From contig JALMLS010000064.1 in the NCBI GenBank assembly GCA_038496445.1, positions 124,001 through 188,000 on the forward strand: 64,000 nt of DNA, read 5' to 3'. Positions within the stretch are counted from its first letter, which is position 1, and each line of letters begins with the position of its first letter. Below are positions 25,723 through 38,400 of the stretch, one piece after another. A program made the translations under genes and the position numbers. The DNA comes from Trichosphaerium sp. ATCC 40318. Its lineage: Eukaryota > Protista > Tubulinea. The notes beneath the pieces are model-generated. The model did not search any database, was not told where the DNA came from, and saw nothing but the letters and a program-made list of their open reading frames with translations.

Positions 25723-27148
25723 ATGACAATATTATTTGCACTTGTTAGCAAAGGGACTATAGTTCTTGCGTCTCATGCGACTGTCAAGGGTATGTGCTGC
25801 TTTTTTTTGCATGCGTTTTAAATTATTAGGTAACTTGGACTCCATCGCACAGAAAATATTAACACAGTTACCACAATCACAAGACAGTTTACGTAAGACG
25901 TATGAAACTGGAGAGTACGTAGAATTGTTGGTAACATTGGTTTAACTTTCAGCTATCGTTTCAATATACTCATGTCAGGCGGAATGACGTTCCTTTGTAT
26001 GACAGATAGAGCATTCAGTACGAACACACGGTATTCGTATTGAGTGTATGTAACACGTTTTTTGTAGGCACCCGTGTTTCCTTCCATTTTCTTGGAGACA
26101 TTTACGACAAATGGCTTGGACGGTACTGAGATTCTAGTGACCTTTTGGTCTGACTCTATTAGATTTGGTATTGGTGACAACAGTGTGGTTACTACAGGCA
26201 GTAAGAATGATGAGTTCGGTCGCACTCTCCAAAAACAAATGGTACGCTAGCAAAGTGTCATTCTTTGATTGTTCAGATCACAAACAACTATAATAGGAAT
26301 ATTTCTCGCACGATCCAAATGCGGACAAAGTCAGAAAAGTAAAAGAAGCTGTCAAGGTAGTGAAGGAACAACTGGTGTTAAATATTGGTAAGAAAGAATA
26401 TGTTTCATTTATTATTTCTTGCAAGACAATACGACAAATCCATTTACAAACTTGCCAGATGCACTGTTGGAGAGAGGAGAAAATATAGAAGCTCTATTAA
26501 CTAAAACTGAAGAGCTTGAGACAGGGTCATACGCTTTCAAATCGAAGGCAACAGAACTAAAACGGTTTTATTGGTGGAAAAGTTGTAAATTATACTTCAT
26601 ACTTGTTGCTTTACTCATTGTACGTGGTGTCAACAATCATTTACAACTCATCTAATGTGCTTAGATTATTGCTTATGGGGTCAGTGCATATATTTGTAAA
26701 AGTCCAATTTACAAAGGTTGCTGGGGAAAGAAGCACAGTATGCCTTTTTTTCATTAAATGTAATCCTGTTGATTGCTTTTTAGGTTCTCCAACGCCTTCA
26801 GGGGCACCTGCAATACCCCCACAGGTTCCAACAGAACCACCTCCTACCATCCCATCAGTACCACAAACGACAACTAAACCACCTAACGCAGCGGCTACCA
26901 CAGAACCGCCAGTTCCGCATACAACTACTACAGCCCCGCAAACTACCACTGAAGCTCCACAAGCCGAAGCTCCACAAACTACTGAGCCTCCACAAGCTAC
27001 AACTGAGGCTCCACAAACCACCGATGCTCCAACGACTGAGCCTCCACAAACCACTGAGGCTCCACAAGTTGTTCCTAGTCCAGGATCTATAACAATCCCA
27101 TCAGCAGCTCCTACCGAACCTCCATCAGCACCTACAATGGCCGCATAA
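25723..27148 (+). CDS. VAMP7: Longin R-SNARE VAMP7-like with long luminal Thr/Pro-rich extension (multi-exon)
   Basis: Longin start MTILFALVSKGTIVLA. R-SNARE motif LLERGENIEALLTKTEEL...FKSKATELKRFYWWK. TM segment LYFILVALLIIIAYGVSAYI. Spliced in frame to the PT-rich exon 26783-27148. Confidence 0.88.
26936..27067 (+). repeat. Coding repeat TTE(A/P)PQ, about 7 units
   Basis: Recurrent actgag(g/c)ctccacaa units encode PQTTTEAPQAEAPQTTEPPQATTEAPQTTDAPTTEPPQTTEAPQ. Confidence 0.9.
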
Positions 27149-27402
27149 GTTTGTAAGTCACGACGTGTACAAATAATTGTAATGAACCTTGGATGGTTGA
27201 CTGTACAAACCACTCCACTCTGTTATCAAAAGGCTCAGAGCATGGGAAATTTAAGCAACTTGCAAAGGTACAAACAGCGCCAGAGTAAGTTACTACAATG
27301 GTATAACATTCTCTTCGAACAAAAAAGAAGTCGTTCGCTATTCATTGAAACAGTCAGGGTGATTTAAGTTATTTGAGTTTTAAACTGAACGTCAATTTTA
27401 AA

Positions 27403-28779
27403 ATGCGCACCTCAACCTTAATCAACGTGCGAATACGAAGCCCAGCTGGTCAGAAGATGGTTGCTCTAGCGCCACAAACCTTGTTTAAGGATTTACGAAC
27501 TCTGTTGAAGCAAGTAACTGGCATGCCTGTCGGAGAGCAAAAGCGTACGTTGTTATGCGTTTAAAACATACCCAAGGCTAAATTGTAAAAGTTTTGGTTG
27601 GATATCCACCAGCAGAGTTAAAACTATCCCCAAACGAAGCAATTTTTGGTCATGTCAAACCAAACGAAACGTTAATTGTACAATCGTCTAAAACAACAAA
27701 CCAAAAACACACAACATCAAAGTACAAGAAAACACGCGCGAAAAAGAAGAAAACTAGTGTACGTAGCTGCATTACATTAATTTCGAATTGACGTTTTATC
27801 AAGCCCAAATCCAAAGCTAGGGCGAACCCTCAGTACGTTGTTCATTCCATTAATGCGCCTGATTGTTGGTTTAGGCAGATTCAAGACGATATTTTTTCTC
27901 TGGGTGAGAATGACATTGGTTGCATGCTTGCAGAGGCTACAGGCTCCGAGGCAAAGGAAGGTGAACACAATGCAATGGTGTACCTGAGAAAAGCGTCAAA
28001 GCTAGCGCTCAAAGGTAGTGATGCATTATTTGTTACAAGTAAATTCACGCTTTATTTCAGAACACATGAAAGAAGTCACAGCCAACCATCGTCTACGCGC
28101 TTCCTTAGCCAATGATTACTCAGTATGTAAACTGCTGTAATAGAGCGATTATTGATTCATTTAGTTTCACGAGTTGCCTGTACATAGACTCGGTGATGGG
28201 TATCAACCAATTGTAAACGTAAAGTACAAGGTGGAACAACATTGGGAAGAAGAGGTGGTAAATGTCTTTACTAAGGAGGAGTTAAAAGTACTTTTAATCT
28301 TATTGCAATGTTGCCAATACTTACTCAGACAAGGGCATAGTTGCCGTAGTTCTCACACAAAAGGGTGGCGTTGGACGTGAATTGCTGAAGCCTTTCAAAA
28401 TGTCTCTGGTATCACCGAGAGTGCGTCACCATTCAACCAAACCATTACTAATTTCTATCAGGTATTTTGGAGCTTTGTTAAGCACTTTGATGGAAACGTA
28501 AAGGATGGGTTAAAGTCGCTATTACCTGGTATGGACTGGAGTTTTTTAGACCAACGGCAGAAAAAAATTAGTCAAAGGGCTGAGGAGGCTGCTAAAGTAT
28601 CTGATTTTTTCGAAACTGTGGATGATGTCGAGATTAGACCCAAGAAGCGAAGGCGGAAAAAACCTCTAAAAGATGAGCTTGACTATGAACCAGAAGGACT
28701 CTGTGAGGATGAACCTATAGTCGATGCAGCGATGGATGATGCCAATGGGGCTCCTGGCTCTACTGAGGCTAAATCTTGA
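27403..28779 (+). CDS. Ubiquitin-like (YOD1/OTU1 N-terminal type) domain protein of unknown function (multi-exon)
   Basis: INVRIRSPAGQKMVAL...LKQVTGMPVGEQK...VGYPPAEL...ETLIVQ. C-terminal ELLKPFKMSLVSPRVFWS...MDWSFLDQR, with no OTU catalytic motif seen. Confidence 0.65.
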
Positions 28780-28899
28780 AAATGTAAATAAAAATTGTAA
28801 ATTTTTTATAGAACAGACTGTACGCGAAATTTAGTTCATTTGTTACCAAAACCAACCTCACCAAACGCAGTTGACGTTTGGTTTAATAGTGGTCCAAAG

Positions 28900-31800
28900 A
28901 TGAGGGCTATGACGTGGGGTAGTAACGAAAGCGGTTGTCTTGCATTAGGACGACTGTCCACTGATGACGAGGCGGTACAGTGGTCTCCACAACCAGCGCA
29001 AGTCGATAAGGTCGTACTTGTTGCCGCGGGTGCTCATAATACCTGTTTTGTCACAGGTACGCACGCTAAACGCTGCAAAGTGCTGTTGTAAATGATTGCA
29101 AAGCCTAATGCAGAAAATAGAAAAAAATCAGGCTTTGGTGAGTGGCACGGTGTACAGCGGCAAAAGGAAGAATTCCTCGCTGTGTGGTAAACAAGATGGC
29201 GAAAATGGAGTGGTAACAGCAGGTACTGCAACAAATTACAACAACCCATGTTAAACGTCATAAAGGAAAGCCAGTACCAATACCATTTACATTTCCGTCA
29301 AGAGTGAAACAAATAGCACTTGGAAACTATCACGCAGCTGCTCTAACAAGTGCGATTTTGCTAGTTTATTATTAGTTTTATTAAACACAGATGTTAGGTA
29401 AGGGTAACGTTTTCACATGGGGCTGGAATGGCAATGGACAATTAGGTATGTACCTGTTTAGTTGCACAGCTAAAACGTTGACGTAGGACATGGAGATAAT
29501 ATTAACGCCAATCTTCCAAAGTTAGTACAAATCAAATGCGTACAATACATTGCATGTGGTACAAAATATACAATGGCATTGACAGATTTTGGTGAAATTT
29601 ATGGATGGGGTTCTAATGATACAGGTACAAACGACTCTTTGTTCTCTTTTATTTTCAGTGGCTTCAATGTTTTGACATTTGTGTGATTGTGTTCAAATAT
29701 TGGTTTTAGGTACACTTGGTATTGGTAGTACAGACTCCAAAAACGCCCCTACTAAGGTAAAAATGATAAGCAATGTAACTGCTATTGCTTGCGGCACATT
29801 TCACACCGCAGCTGTTGGTACGTAGTTAAAATCCTTCATACATTTTACTCATCACATTTTGTATCTTAGAGGGTAATGATAAGTTCTACATGTGGGGTAG
29901 TCTCGCCAATGGCAAAATCGAGCCTCGACCAGTCCTTGTAAGGTCGCTATCTGATATAAATGTAACTGAAATTGCCTGTGGAGAATGGCATACGCTTTGC
30001 AGAACGCTCGGTGGTACTGTATACGAGTGGCGTACAAAACAAGAGCCGAGACAAGTAGATGCTTTACGTGGTGTTTCCATTCGCCGTGTTGTTGCTGGCG
30101 TACGCTTATTGCAGTTATTTGAATTAGTGCCAACAACCATAACACATTGTAGGCCCACCACTCTGTAGCTGTTTCTGACGAAGGCAAAATTTACACGTGG
30201 GGCCGTAACACCTCCGGTCAGTTGGGCAGGTAGTCACACTAGTCACACAAACGCGCACTTCTTTGACACTAAGTAGGAAAACGCCAAAGGATGATGATAA
30301 AGCGTATTCGAGCACACCTAGATCTATACCTCCTCTTGAGATTGAGGCAATCGATCAAATCGCTGCTGGTGACTACCACAGTGCAATTTTAGCCAGTACG
30401 TAGTGTTGATAAGGCAATGTAAGTAGCATCCCCTAATGTCTGGCAGCAAAGTCGAAGCGTCGTCAAACGATATGGAAGCTCGTTCAACATGAACGCGCAT
30501 ACTTTCAGAAGCTTACTATAGTTGTCAAGGTACACTGGAAATATTTGTGGATTCCGCATGCCTCACATAGTGTTTTATAGCATTACATGAAAGTCTTGGA
30601 AAAATTTGTAGGCGCTAGCACCACACCCTCCCTGCGTGAATCTTCTGGTGGTATCAAGTCCTCTAACAAGCTACGGCAACTTGCCAAATTCCAGACAGCA
30701 ATATTTCAGAGTCCTAAGAACATTGTACGCAGTGAAGCAACCCTTATGTCTGAAGCAGATGTACTCACCTTATATTAGATACCTACCATCTTTTCCAATA
30801 TAAAAAAGATATACTTGATTCACAGAGAGTTCTTGGCACACATGGATAGGTTGATTTCAAGGGATTGGGATCAATCTGAGGAAGTTGGCCAAGTTCTTAG
30901 AAGCATTGTATGCTTGTTTTTTTATATCCTTGCTGCGTTGATTGTTAACCTCGTTTCTCTTTAGATGCCACGATTTAGGGCGTACCTTCAATTTGCTGAT
31001 GATTACAACAATGCAGCTATGACATTGACTACCTTGACACGAGATCAAATACAACTTCAAGGCATACTAAAGACTGAGAAAGATAGAATTGAGAACACAT
31101 ACCAAAACATTACAGCAGATAAGAGGAAGATAAACTTTGAGTTGAAAGAGTTGTTAATTGAACCAATCAAACAAATTGCACGATACATTACATCTATTGG
31201 AAAGCTCAGAGATGAGACCAGCAAGAAGCATCCTGATTACGACAATGTAGTGTGGTGTTTGGCACGATTCGAGGGTAAGTTATACTGTTTTCCTTCCGTT
31301 TTATGACCAAGGCTGCTAGGTATTTTGGAGCGTATTTGCAAGAACTTCGAAATGGAGAACCCTATGGAAATTCTAAGTTGCACCCTCAATGAATTTGGTC
31401 ATCCACAAATAGGCGGTGGTAACGTCAGTCTCCTGATAGAGCGTCTCACACATCATAAATTTATCGGTAAGAGCAATTGATTTTTCTCATTGCACTCAAA
31501 TGTTATTGTATCACCTGTTCATGAATTATTGCAGATATCGACTTTGAACACGATTTCTTCTTAACATACAAGAAGTTTACGGAGCCAAAGGTGGTATTGG
31601 ATTGTTTGATAAAACGATTCAATGTATCGCCAAGCAATGAGGTCATAGACAAACAACACTGGATAAAGACCGCACAAAGACCTATACAGCATCGTGTTGT
31701 AAATATAATCAGAAATTGGGTTCGTCACCCAAGTTCGAGTCATGACTGGAAGGACAAGTCAAAAAAATACTACAAACAACTTTGCAAATTTCTCGACAAG

Positions 31801-32865
31801 CTCAGCAAAGAGCAGCAGTACAGTGATCACAAAGTAATAGCATTGAACATCAAGGTACACTTTAATTCTTAATTCCTTCCTAAAACCCCGTTTAGGCACA
31901 CTTGCAAGGTTCTACACGAAGCATCAACATAAAATCAGGTGTTCCGCCAATGGAAGCGCCTCCAGCCGTGCCTAAAAAAAGCAGTACCCTAAAATTGATG
32001 CAAGTTGATGCGACTATTCTCGCTCAGCAAATAGCGCTTCAAGATCACAATTTGTTTTGCCAAATCAAAGCCAGGGAATTCCTTCAGAAATGGAACAAGA
32101 CAGATCTTGCTGAAGAAGCAATACACATTAAGGAGTTGACAAGTCACTTTAACAAGGTTGCCTTAGTTTGTAGTTGACGTTTCTAATCAGTTGTAGCTGA
32201 GTTTGTGGGTGGCACATGAGTGCATAGCTCCTGATTCTATGAAAGAGCGTACTGCCGCTATTAGTTTTATGATTTCAGTTGCGGAGGTGCGGTGTTCATT
32301 ATCAAAGCGTTCTATTTAGCTTACTTGCTTTAGAAATCACGTGATCTCAATAATTTTAATGCTGTCGCCGCAATTATTAGCGGCTTAAATAATTCGTCTG
32401 TTTGTAGAATGAAGAAAACGTTGCAACGGCTTTCGCAAGCTAAGCGAGATAGTCTAGAGTTAATGAACTCGCTCATGGATAGCAGCGAGAACTATGGTTC
32501 TCTACGTACATTAATGCAGGATATAGACTTCCCTGCAGTTCCTTTTGTAGCTATTGCTTTGAAGGATCTAACGGGCTTACAAGAGGGTACCGTATTGAAA
32601 TAACCTGGATTTACTGACACTCGATTTAGGCAATCCTGATCGCCTTGAGAATGGTGGTATTAATTTCTACAAATGGCGTCGTATTGCACGTACTGTGCAA
32701 GAAGTTACGCAATACAACATGACGCACTACTCGTTCAAAACAGATCACAATGTTCTTCAAGCGTTCAAGAGTCAACTCGCAAAAGTCTCCGAAATAGGAG
32801 AAGCTAAACTCTACAAAATGTCAAAGTCAAGAGAGCCTACTACAACAAACAAAGGCAGCACGTGA
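28900..32865 (+). CDS. RCC1 repeats - RhoGEF (DH) - REM - RasGEF (CDC25) protein (multi-exon)
   Basis: RCC1 repeats (TWGSNESGCLALG, IACGEWHT, TWGWNGNGQLG). DH domain LVQHERAYFQKL...LKELLIEPIKQIARY...HPDY. REM FFLTYKKF. CDC25 LAQQIALQD, DLNNFNAVAAIISGLN, PAVPFV, INFYKW. Confidence 0.92.
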
Positions 32866-33076
32866 TTAACAATAAATTGAATAAAATAAAATTTTTGTGG
32901 ATGTATGTAAATGATTGAAGGGCTTGTGATGCTTTCCTTAACCTTAAATATTGAGGTACAGCGTAGTTGTTATTTGTTGCCGTGACCCACAACATTGAGA
33001 AATGGCAACGAAACAAGTCAACATTTTTATCTAACATTTTAACTTAAAAAGCACCAGTACAAACTCACACCTGCGT

Positions 33077-35414
33077 ATGCAAAAGAGAGGTCGTAAACAA
33101 CGTACTGTTGGTTCTAGTGAGACCATTAAACGGGCTTGTTTAAAGTGCCGTTCACGGCACGTCAAATGCGACGGTATGGTCCCTTGCGCACGCTGTAAAC
33201 GCAATAGTTTATCGTGCGTGTACGCTTCGCCTAAAAAACGGGGACCAAAGCAAGGTACGAGGTTTTTTACGTTATTTTCGGTACAACAACGGTATTTACC
33301 ATGCTCCTCAAGGTCTGAAAACTCGAAGGACTACAGCATTACAACAAGCGAAATTCCAGTTAGCTGTAAAACATATAGAAGCGGAACATTGGCGCAAAAT
33401 GTACGAGCGTATAGCGAGAAACCAGGCATGCACGTGACTTTTGTATTGAACATATTTTTCTAACGCTGAACTCATAATAGACCACCCTTTGGGCGTTATC
33501 AGCGCATTTGGATTTATCAGCAAACATTGCAACATGGCTTAAGCTTTATCAGCTCAATTATTTTCCTTGCTATGTACGCCCAATGGCACTAAAAACGTAT
33601 AAGATCCTCAATCGTTCCTGACGCGTGTCTTAGGGCATTCCGACTAGACAATGGGACGCACAAAATATTATAAGCACATTCAAAACAGCCACCAGTACGC
33701 TCCTGAAGCATATGAGACTTGGTTCTGACTGCTTGTCTTAGCTTGGGGAGTAGATCCAAATCTGTTAGAGATCACTGCCATTTTGGCATTTGGAGCGCGG
33801 TGTGCAGGGTCTAACGAGCCGGCAACGCATTTCAACTCACTGTGTAAAAGAATGCAAGCCAACTTGGGCACTTTACGTCATCCATATGTAGCGGGTATGA
33901 ACAATGTGGTACACAGCACCCAACAATACTCATATTTTATTACAGGCGGATTAATACTACTCGGCGATTATGGTCTCATCATGGGTGACATGGAATCTAG
34001 TTACACTACTATATGTCAAGGTGTTGGTACGTTGTGCACACTTACTATAGTTGATAAGAGTGATTCTGTTGATAGACATGATGAAGACATTGAAGCAAGA
34101 AATGCAGAATCATCAAAAATGTTTGGATTACTTGGTGACGCTGTGTAACACCTGTAGGGTCTTCACACCACGTATAAGAATGAATAGGTAAGGCACCGTG
34201 ATTTGTGGTTATTGTGAGCGATGGTGTTCTTAATGTGATTTAAATTAGATCAGAAGTGTTACAGGAGGTTACTGTACATCCTGATTTGCCCAAAATGGAC
34301 GTGACAGAGTTTGTAGATGTTAAAAACTCAGAAACACTCAAGGAGAGGCAGATGCAAGTACTCTGGTGTATCATTGGAAAAGTATGTACTTCTAGTCAGT
34401 ATTTGTATTGAGTATCACCTAGTTATGGCTTAGCGTTTCCCGACCTGCAGTTATCAATGGCAAACCCTGTTTTCATCTCTTCATTCAGAAACATGTACCA
34501 TCTCGTTTTTCTTTTGTTGTTGTTCTAAGGCGGCTAATGCTTATGTTAGTCTGGTGATGATTATTACCAATTTTTGAAAAACACAGCAACATTGAACATG
34601 TCTAGCGTGTCCTTTTCGCAGTCGGTGAAAAGAGGGTGGTTGGTAGCTGCTGACTTGTTCACAACATTCTCGTGTTTTTCAAAAAACGCGGTTAATATTG
34701 ATAGAGCGTTACAAGCACGTGCCTTAACTCATTAACACCAGAAAGCGATAGTACTAACAGAAGCTAGCACGCCAAAAGTGCTTTTAAAAAGTTTATTGAA
34801 GCAGAACACAACGAAGATGATTGCCCTGGAGCTATTTGCAGTATGTATGACATGTGCCTCATAGCCATACGATCTAAGGACACGGCCTTGTTTCATGAAG
34901 TACATATTTTTGAGCCCATGGAATTTGTGGTTTTTATCGTTTCTGACTACTGGATTTAGAGTTTTTCTCACTTCTATGAGCATTATGTAACCGAAAATGG
35001 TAGGGGAAAGTTTTACTTGAGGCACGTGGCGTTTTCGTTTACCGCTCAGAAATCCTAACATTGATAGGTCCCTTGCCTTTTTTGCTGATACAGCCGGCAT
35101 GGTGTATGATAAATCATTAATACAAGGATTTATTGACAAATGTCCTGATATGCCAGCTTTAAAAAGGTACACTTGTTTGTTACACAGGTTACTCACACCA
35201 AATTCGTAGTTTGCCTGAACAGGCGAATCCAGAAATACATACTATGCAAGGTGGTGAAGAACTTGACCAATTCAATCCTTTGACACCATTCTCCTTGCCC
35301 GAAGATGCGAAGGACGAAATGGCTTGGCTAGCAAGTCCCAATCACCTCACTTCTGAACTTAGCGATGACTTGTTTGCTGTGGATGTATCATTCTTTGACA
35401 GTGTGTTGTTTTGA
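33077..35414 (+). CDS. Zn(II)2Cys6 binuclear-cluster transcription factor (multi-exon)
   Basis: ACLKCRSRHVKCDGMVPCARCKRNSLSCVY then KKRGPK and a coiled coil. Acidic/hydrophobic C-terminal activation-like tail. Confidence 0.9.
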
Positions 35415-35463
35415 TAAACCCACAAAATAAACAAAGAGCTGTTCTTTTGTAATTACATTTATT

Positions 35464-38400
35464 TTACATGATGACCAAAAAAGGCTGGTAAGAACGCTCC
35501 AGGTAGCATCGCTTCAATATCCGCTGCTACAGATATGTTTTTACACTTTGAGATATTCAAATGCTCAAGCGAACTGCAACATTTAACGAGTCCTAAGACA
35601 CCAGCATCTGTCACTACAAGGCAATAGTTAGAAAAAACCTAAAAAGTGTAATGTACCATTTGGGTTGCCTCGAATGTTGAGCACACGCAATTGTGTTGAG
35701 TGCAGTCGTAACGCCTTATTGATATTAGTATTGTTGATTGTTGTTACTGGCAAGTCGTACGTCAAGCGAGACATTGGTGATTTCATCACAACCTCCAAGC
35801 AACAATGCACGCAGCATTGGATGATGGAAAGCGAGAAGATGGACAGTATCATCGGTTATACCACAACCGGCCAAATTGAGCTCTGTCAGTTTCGGACAAT
35901 CGACAGCAAGATCATTTATTGATGTTCCCGTTATATTAGGCATACACCCTTCCAACCTAACGATGACTCTTTAGTAAAAAAACTCCCAAAAATAAGTATC
36001 CAACGTACGCTAGCATTTCTAGTTTCTTGCAACTTCTGAGCTTGGCGATAGACTTGTCTGTCAGTAAACAACAGTACGATAAGTCCATGACACGCAAGGA
36101 TCGCGAGCAATGCCATGCGAGCTGTTCAATAGCGTGGTCCGTTATATCAGTACATCTAAAGAAAGGTGTCAACATAGGTGTCTGGGTTTAGTTTGTTGTT
36201 TTGTACCTGAAGAGGCGTATCACTTGGATTGTTGAATACGCGCCAGAATCAAACATGATGTTGTCCATTCTTCGTGGAACTACTGATTCTCTTGTATCCC
36301 TCATATTGGTAGACTTTGATTTTGTACTCAGTATGCTCTTAGGAGTACGCATTTTCTTCTTCTTGGTATCTACCATACTCGCTGTTTCTGGAGGCGATTC
36401 GTCTGCTGGTTTCAATTGAGCCATTGCTTTAGCAAAGTTCACCAGAGATTGATCAGTCACGTTAACTTTAACATGTCTATCACAGCTATAGTTGAAGGTT
36501 TTGTCAGTTCAGAAGTTCAAAAAGAAAAATTTTGAACAATGGAGGTGAGGCGTTTGGTTTTATTTGCCAACGTACTTGATAGATATTTCAACTATACGCA
36601 GATGTGAGTTGGATACAGCATTGATCACTGGGTCACCAAGTTGGCAACAAAAATCGAGATTCAGTCTTTTAAGATTTCGTGCTTTGGCTATTACCGGTAT
36701 AACCTGCCAAATAAGTGTAAGTGTACAGTCGTCTTAATACCAAAAGTATGTTGACGTACACCATTGTCTGTAAAGTTGCATTCCTCGATAGAGAGATATT
36801 CAAGGTTGCTTGCGTTCCTAGGAAGCGATTGTATAGCTGTATCATCCAGCTGGGTACATCTAATAAACCAGTAAGCAACACTGATTACAAGTTAAAGAGT
36901 TTTACCCTCTCAAGCATAAGCTACTCAGGTGTGGCAAGCCTTTGAGCACTTTGTTCAAAGTCTTGGATAATATGGAGGTACAATTGCTCAGATCAAGCTT
37001 TTTCAAGTTTACAGCCCTAGCAAGGGTAGCTGCTGCCTTGTCTGATATCGTTGACCATAACGTCAACCCCCGAACCGGGAATTTTGTGAAATGAAGTATA
37101 GCAGTATCAGTAAGGTGGTCGCAATCTGACAAGTTCAATACACGAGGGCCTGTTGCTATCACTTTTGCTTTTCTGCCCACAATGCTACTATTGCTACCCG
37201 CACTTAAGTGCGTAATAGCTGCGTCGGTTATACCGGTGCACCCAGTGAGATCTACATTAAGTAAGTTTCCTTTACTGTAACCATGTATTTCTTACCGAGG
37301 GATTCTAGCCTCTTGCATTTATCTGTAAGAGCAATTATAGCTGCATCTGTGATACGTGTACATCCGGTGAGGATAAGGCTTTCTATGCGCTTTGCGTAGT
37401 AAAAGTTGGACCAAATAGCTTCCAATACTTCATTAGTGCATTGTAATGCACAATCTTTAAATGACAACGTATTTGCTGCCAGTGTTTGGTTCTGTGGAGG
37501 TGGGTTTGATTTCAAGACTGTACTATGACTTGCGTTATCGTCTGGGAAGTCTATAGGAGGTTGTGAACCATCACGAGATCTATAGGACAACAAATTAATT
37601 ACAAATCATTTGTGCGTTTAAAAGAAACAAAAAATGATTAACGCACGTGTTGGATGACGCAACAAGCGATTGGTAAATAAATACTTGAAGAATAGCATTT
37701 AATAACGGGCTGTTGTTCGTCGCACGAACTAAGATTGCCAATTTTTTGCCTTGGTCTTGCAGTACGTTGTATGCAAATGTTTTGTTTGTGTATGATGACA
37801 TGCGCTCGCGCAAGTCCACTGTTTTAGTATCGAGGGACTGAAACTCTATTCGAGAGTTTAACAAAAATGACTACCGCATACAAAAAAAATATTGACATGC
37901 CTGTTTGGCGACCACGCAATACAATGCGCTCTATTGTGAGGAAAGGTGCCTTGATATCCTCTGGTGTATGTGGCAGCAATTTGATGAGTAGGTATTTGTG
38001 ATTTACATTATATACATGGGTCTCTAGTTCGTTGCTACCAGGTTGGAGGTTGCAGGTATCGATCGCAGCAATCTACAATTATTAGTGTCATGTTTTTTGA
38101 GTTTGTTAAAACTGCAAACACAGGACTAAAATCCGTACTGGGTCTGGTTCATTTCTGACTTCGGAGTGAATAAGTTGATCTACAATATCACTCGGGTATT
38201 TGTTAAGACAGAATTTGTATTTGGCTTTCTCTTCGACTTCTTTCTTGTCTATCAAATATTTAGCGAATTGCATATCACCATGTATTTAGCATACCGTTTA
38301 AACCAAACATAAATATTCTGCCACTGCCTGCTTTTCTATTTTTTGGGCGTTAGTTCAAAGAAAGTATCAAGCAGTAGATAGCGTACTCCTTAGGGAATGT

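Noticed and set aside
26641-27213. 190-aa Val/Gly/Cys ORF on minus strand
   Set aside because: Antisense of the VAMP7 Thr/Pro-rich exon.
34732-35196. 154-aa minus-strand ORF
   Set aside because: Lies opposite the spliced exons of the Zn2Cys6 gene and has no recognisable motif.
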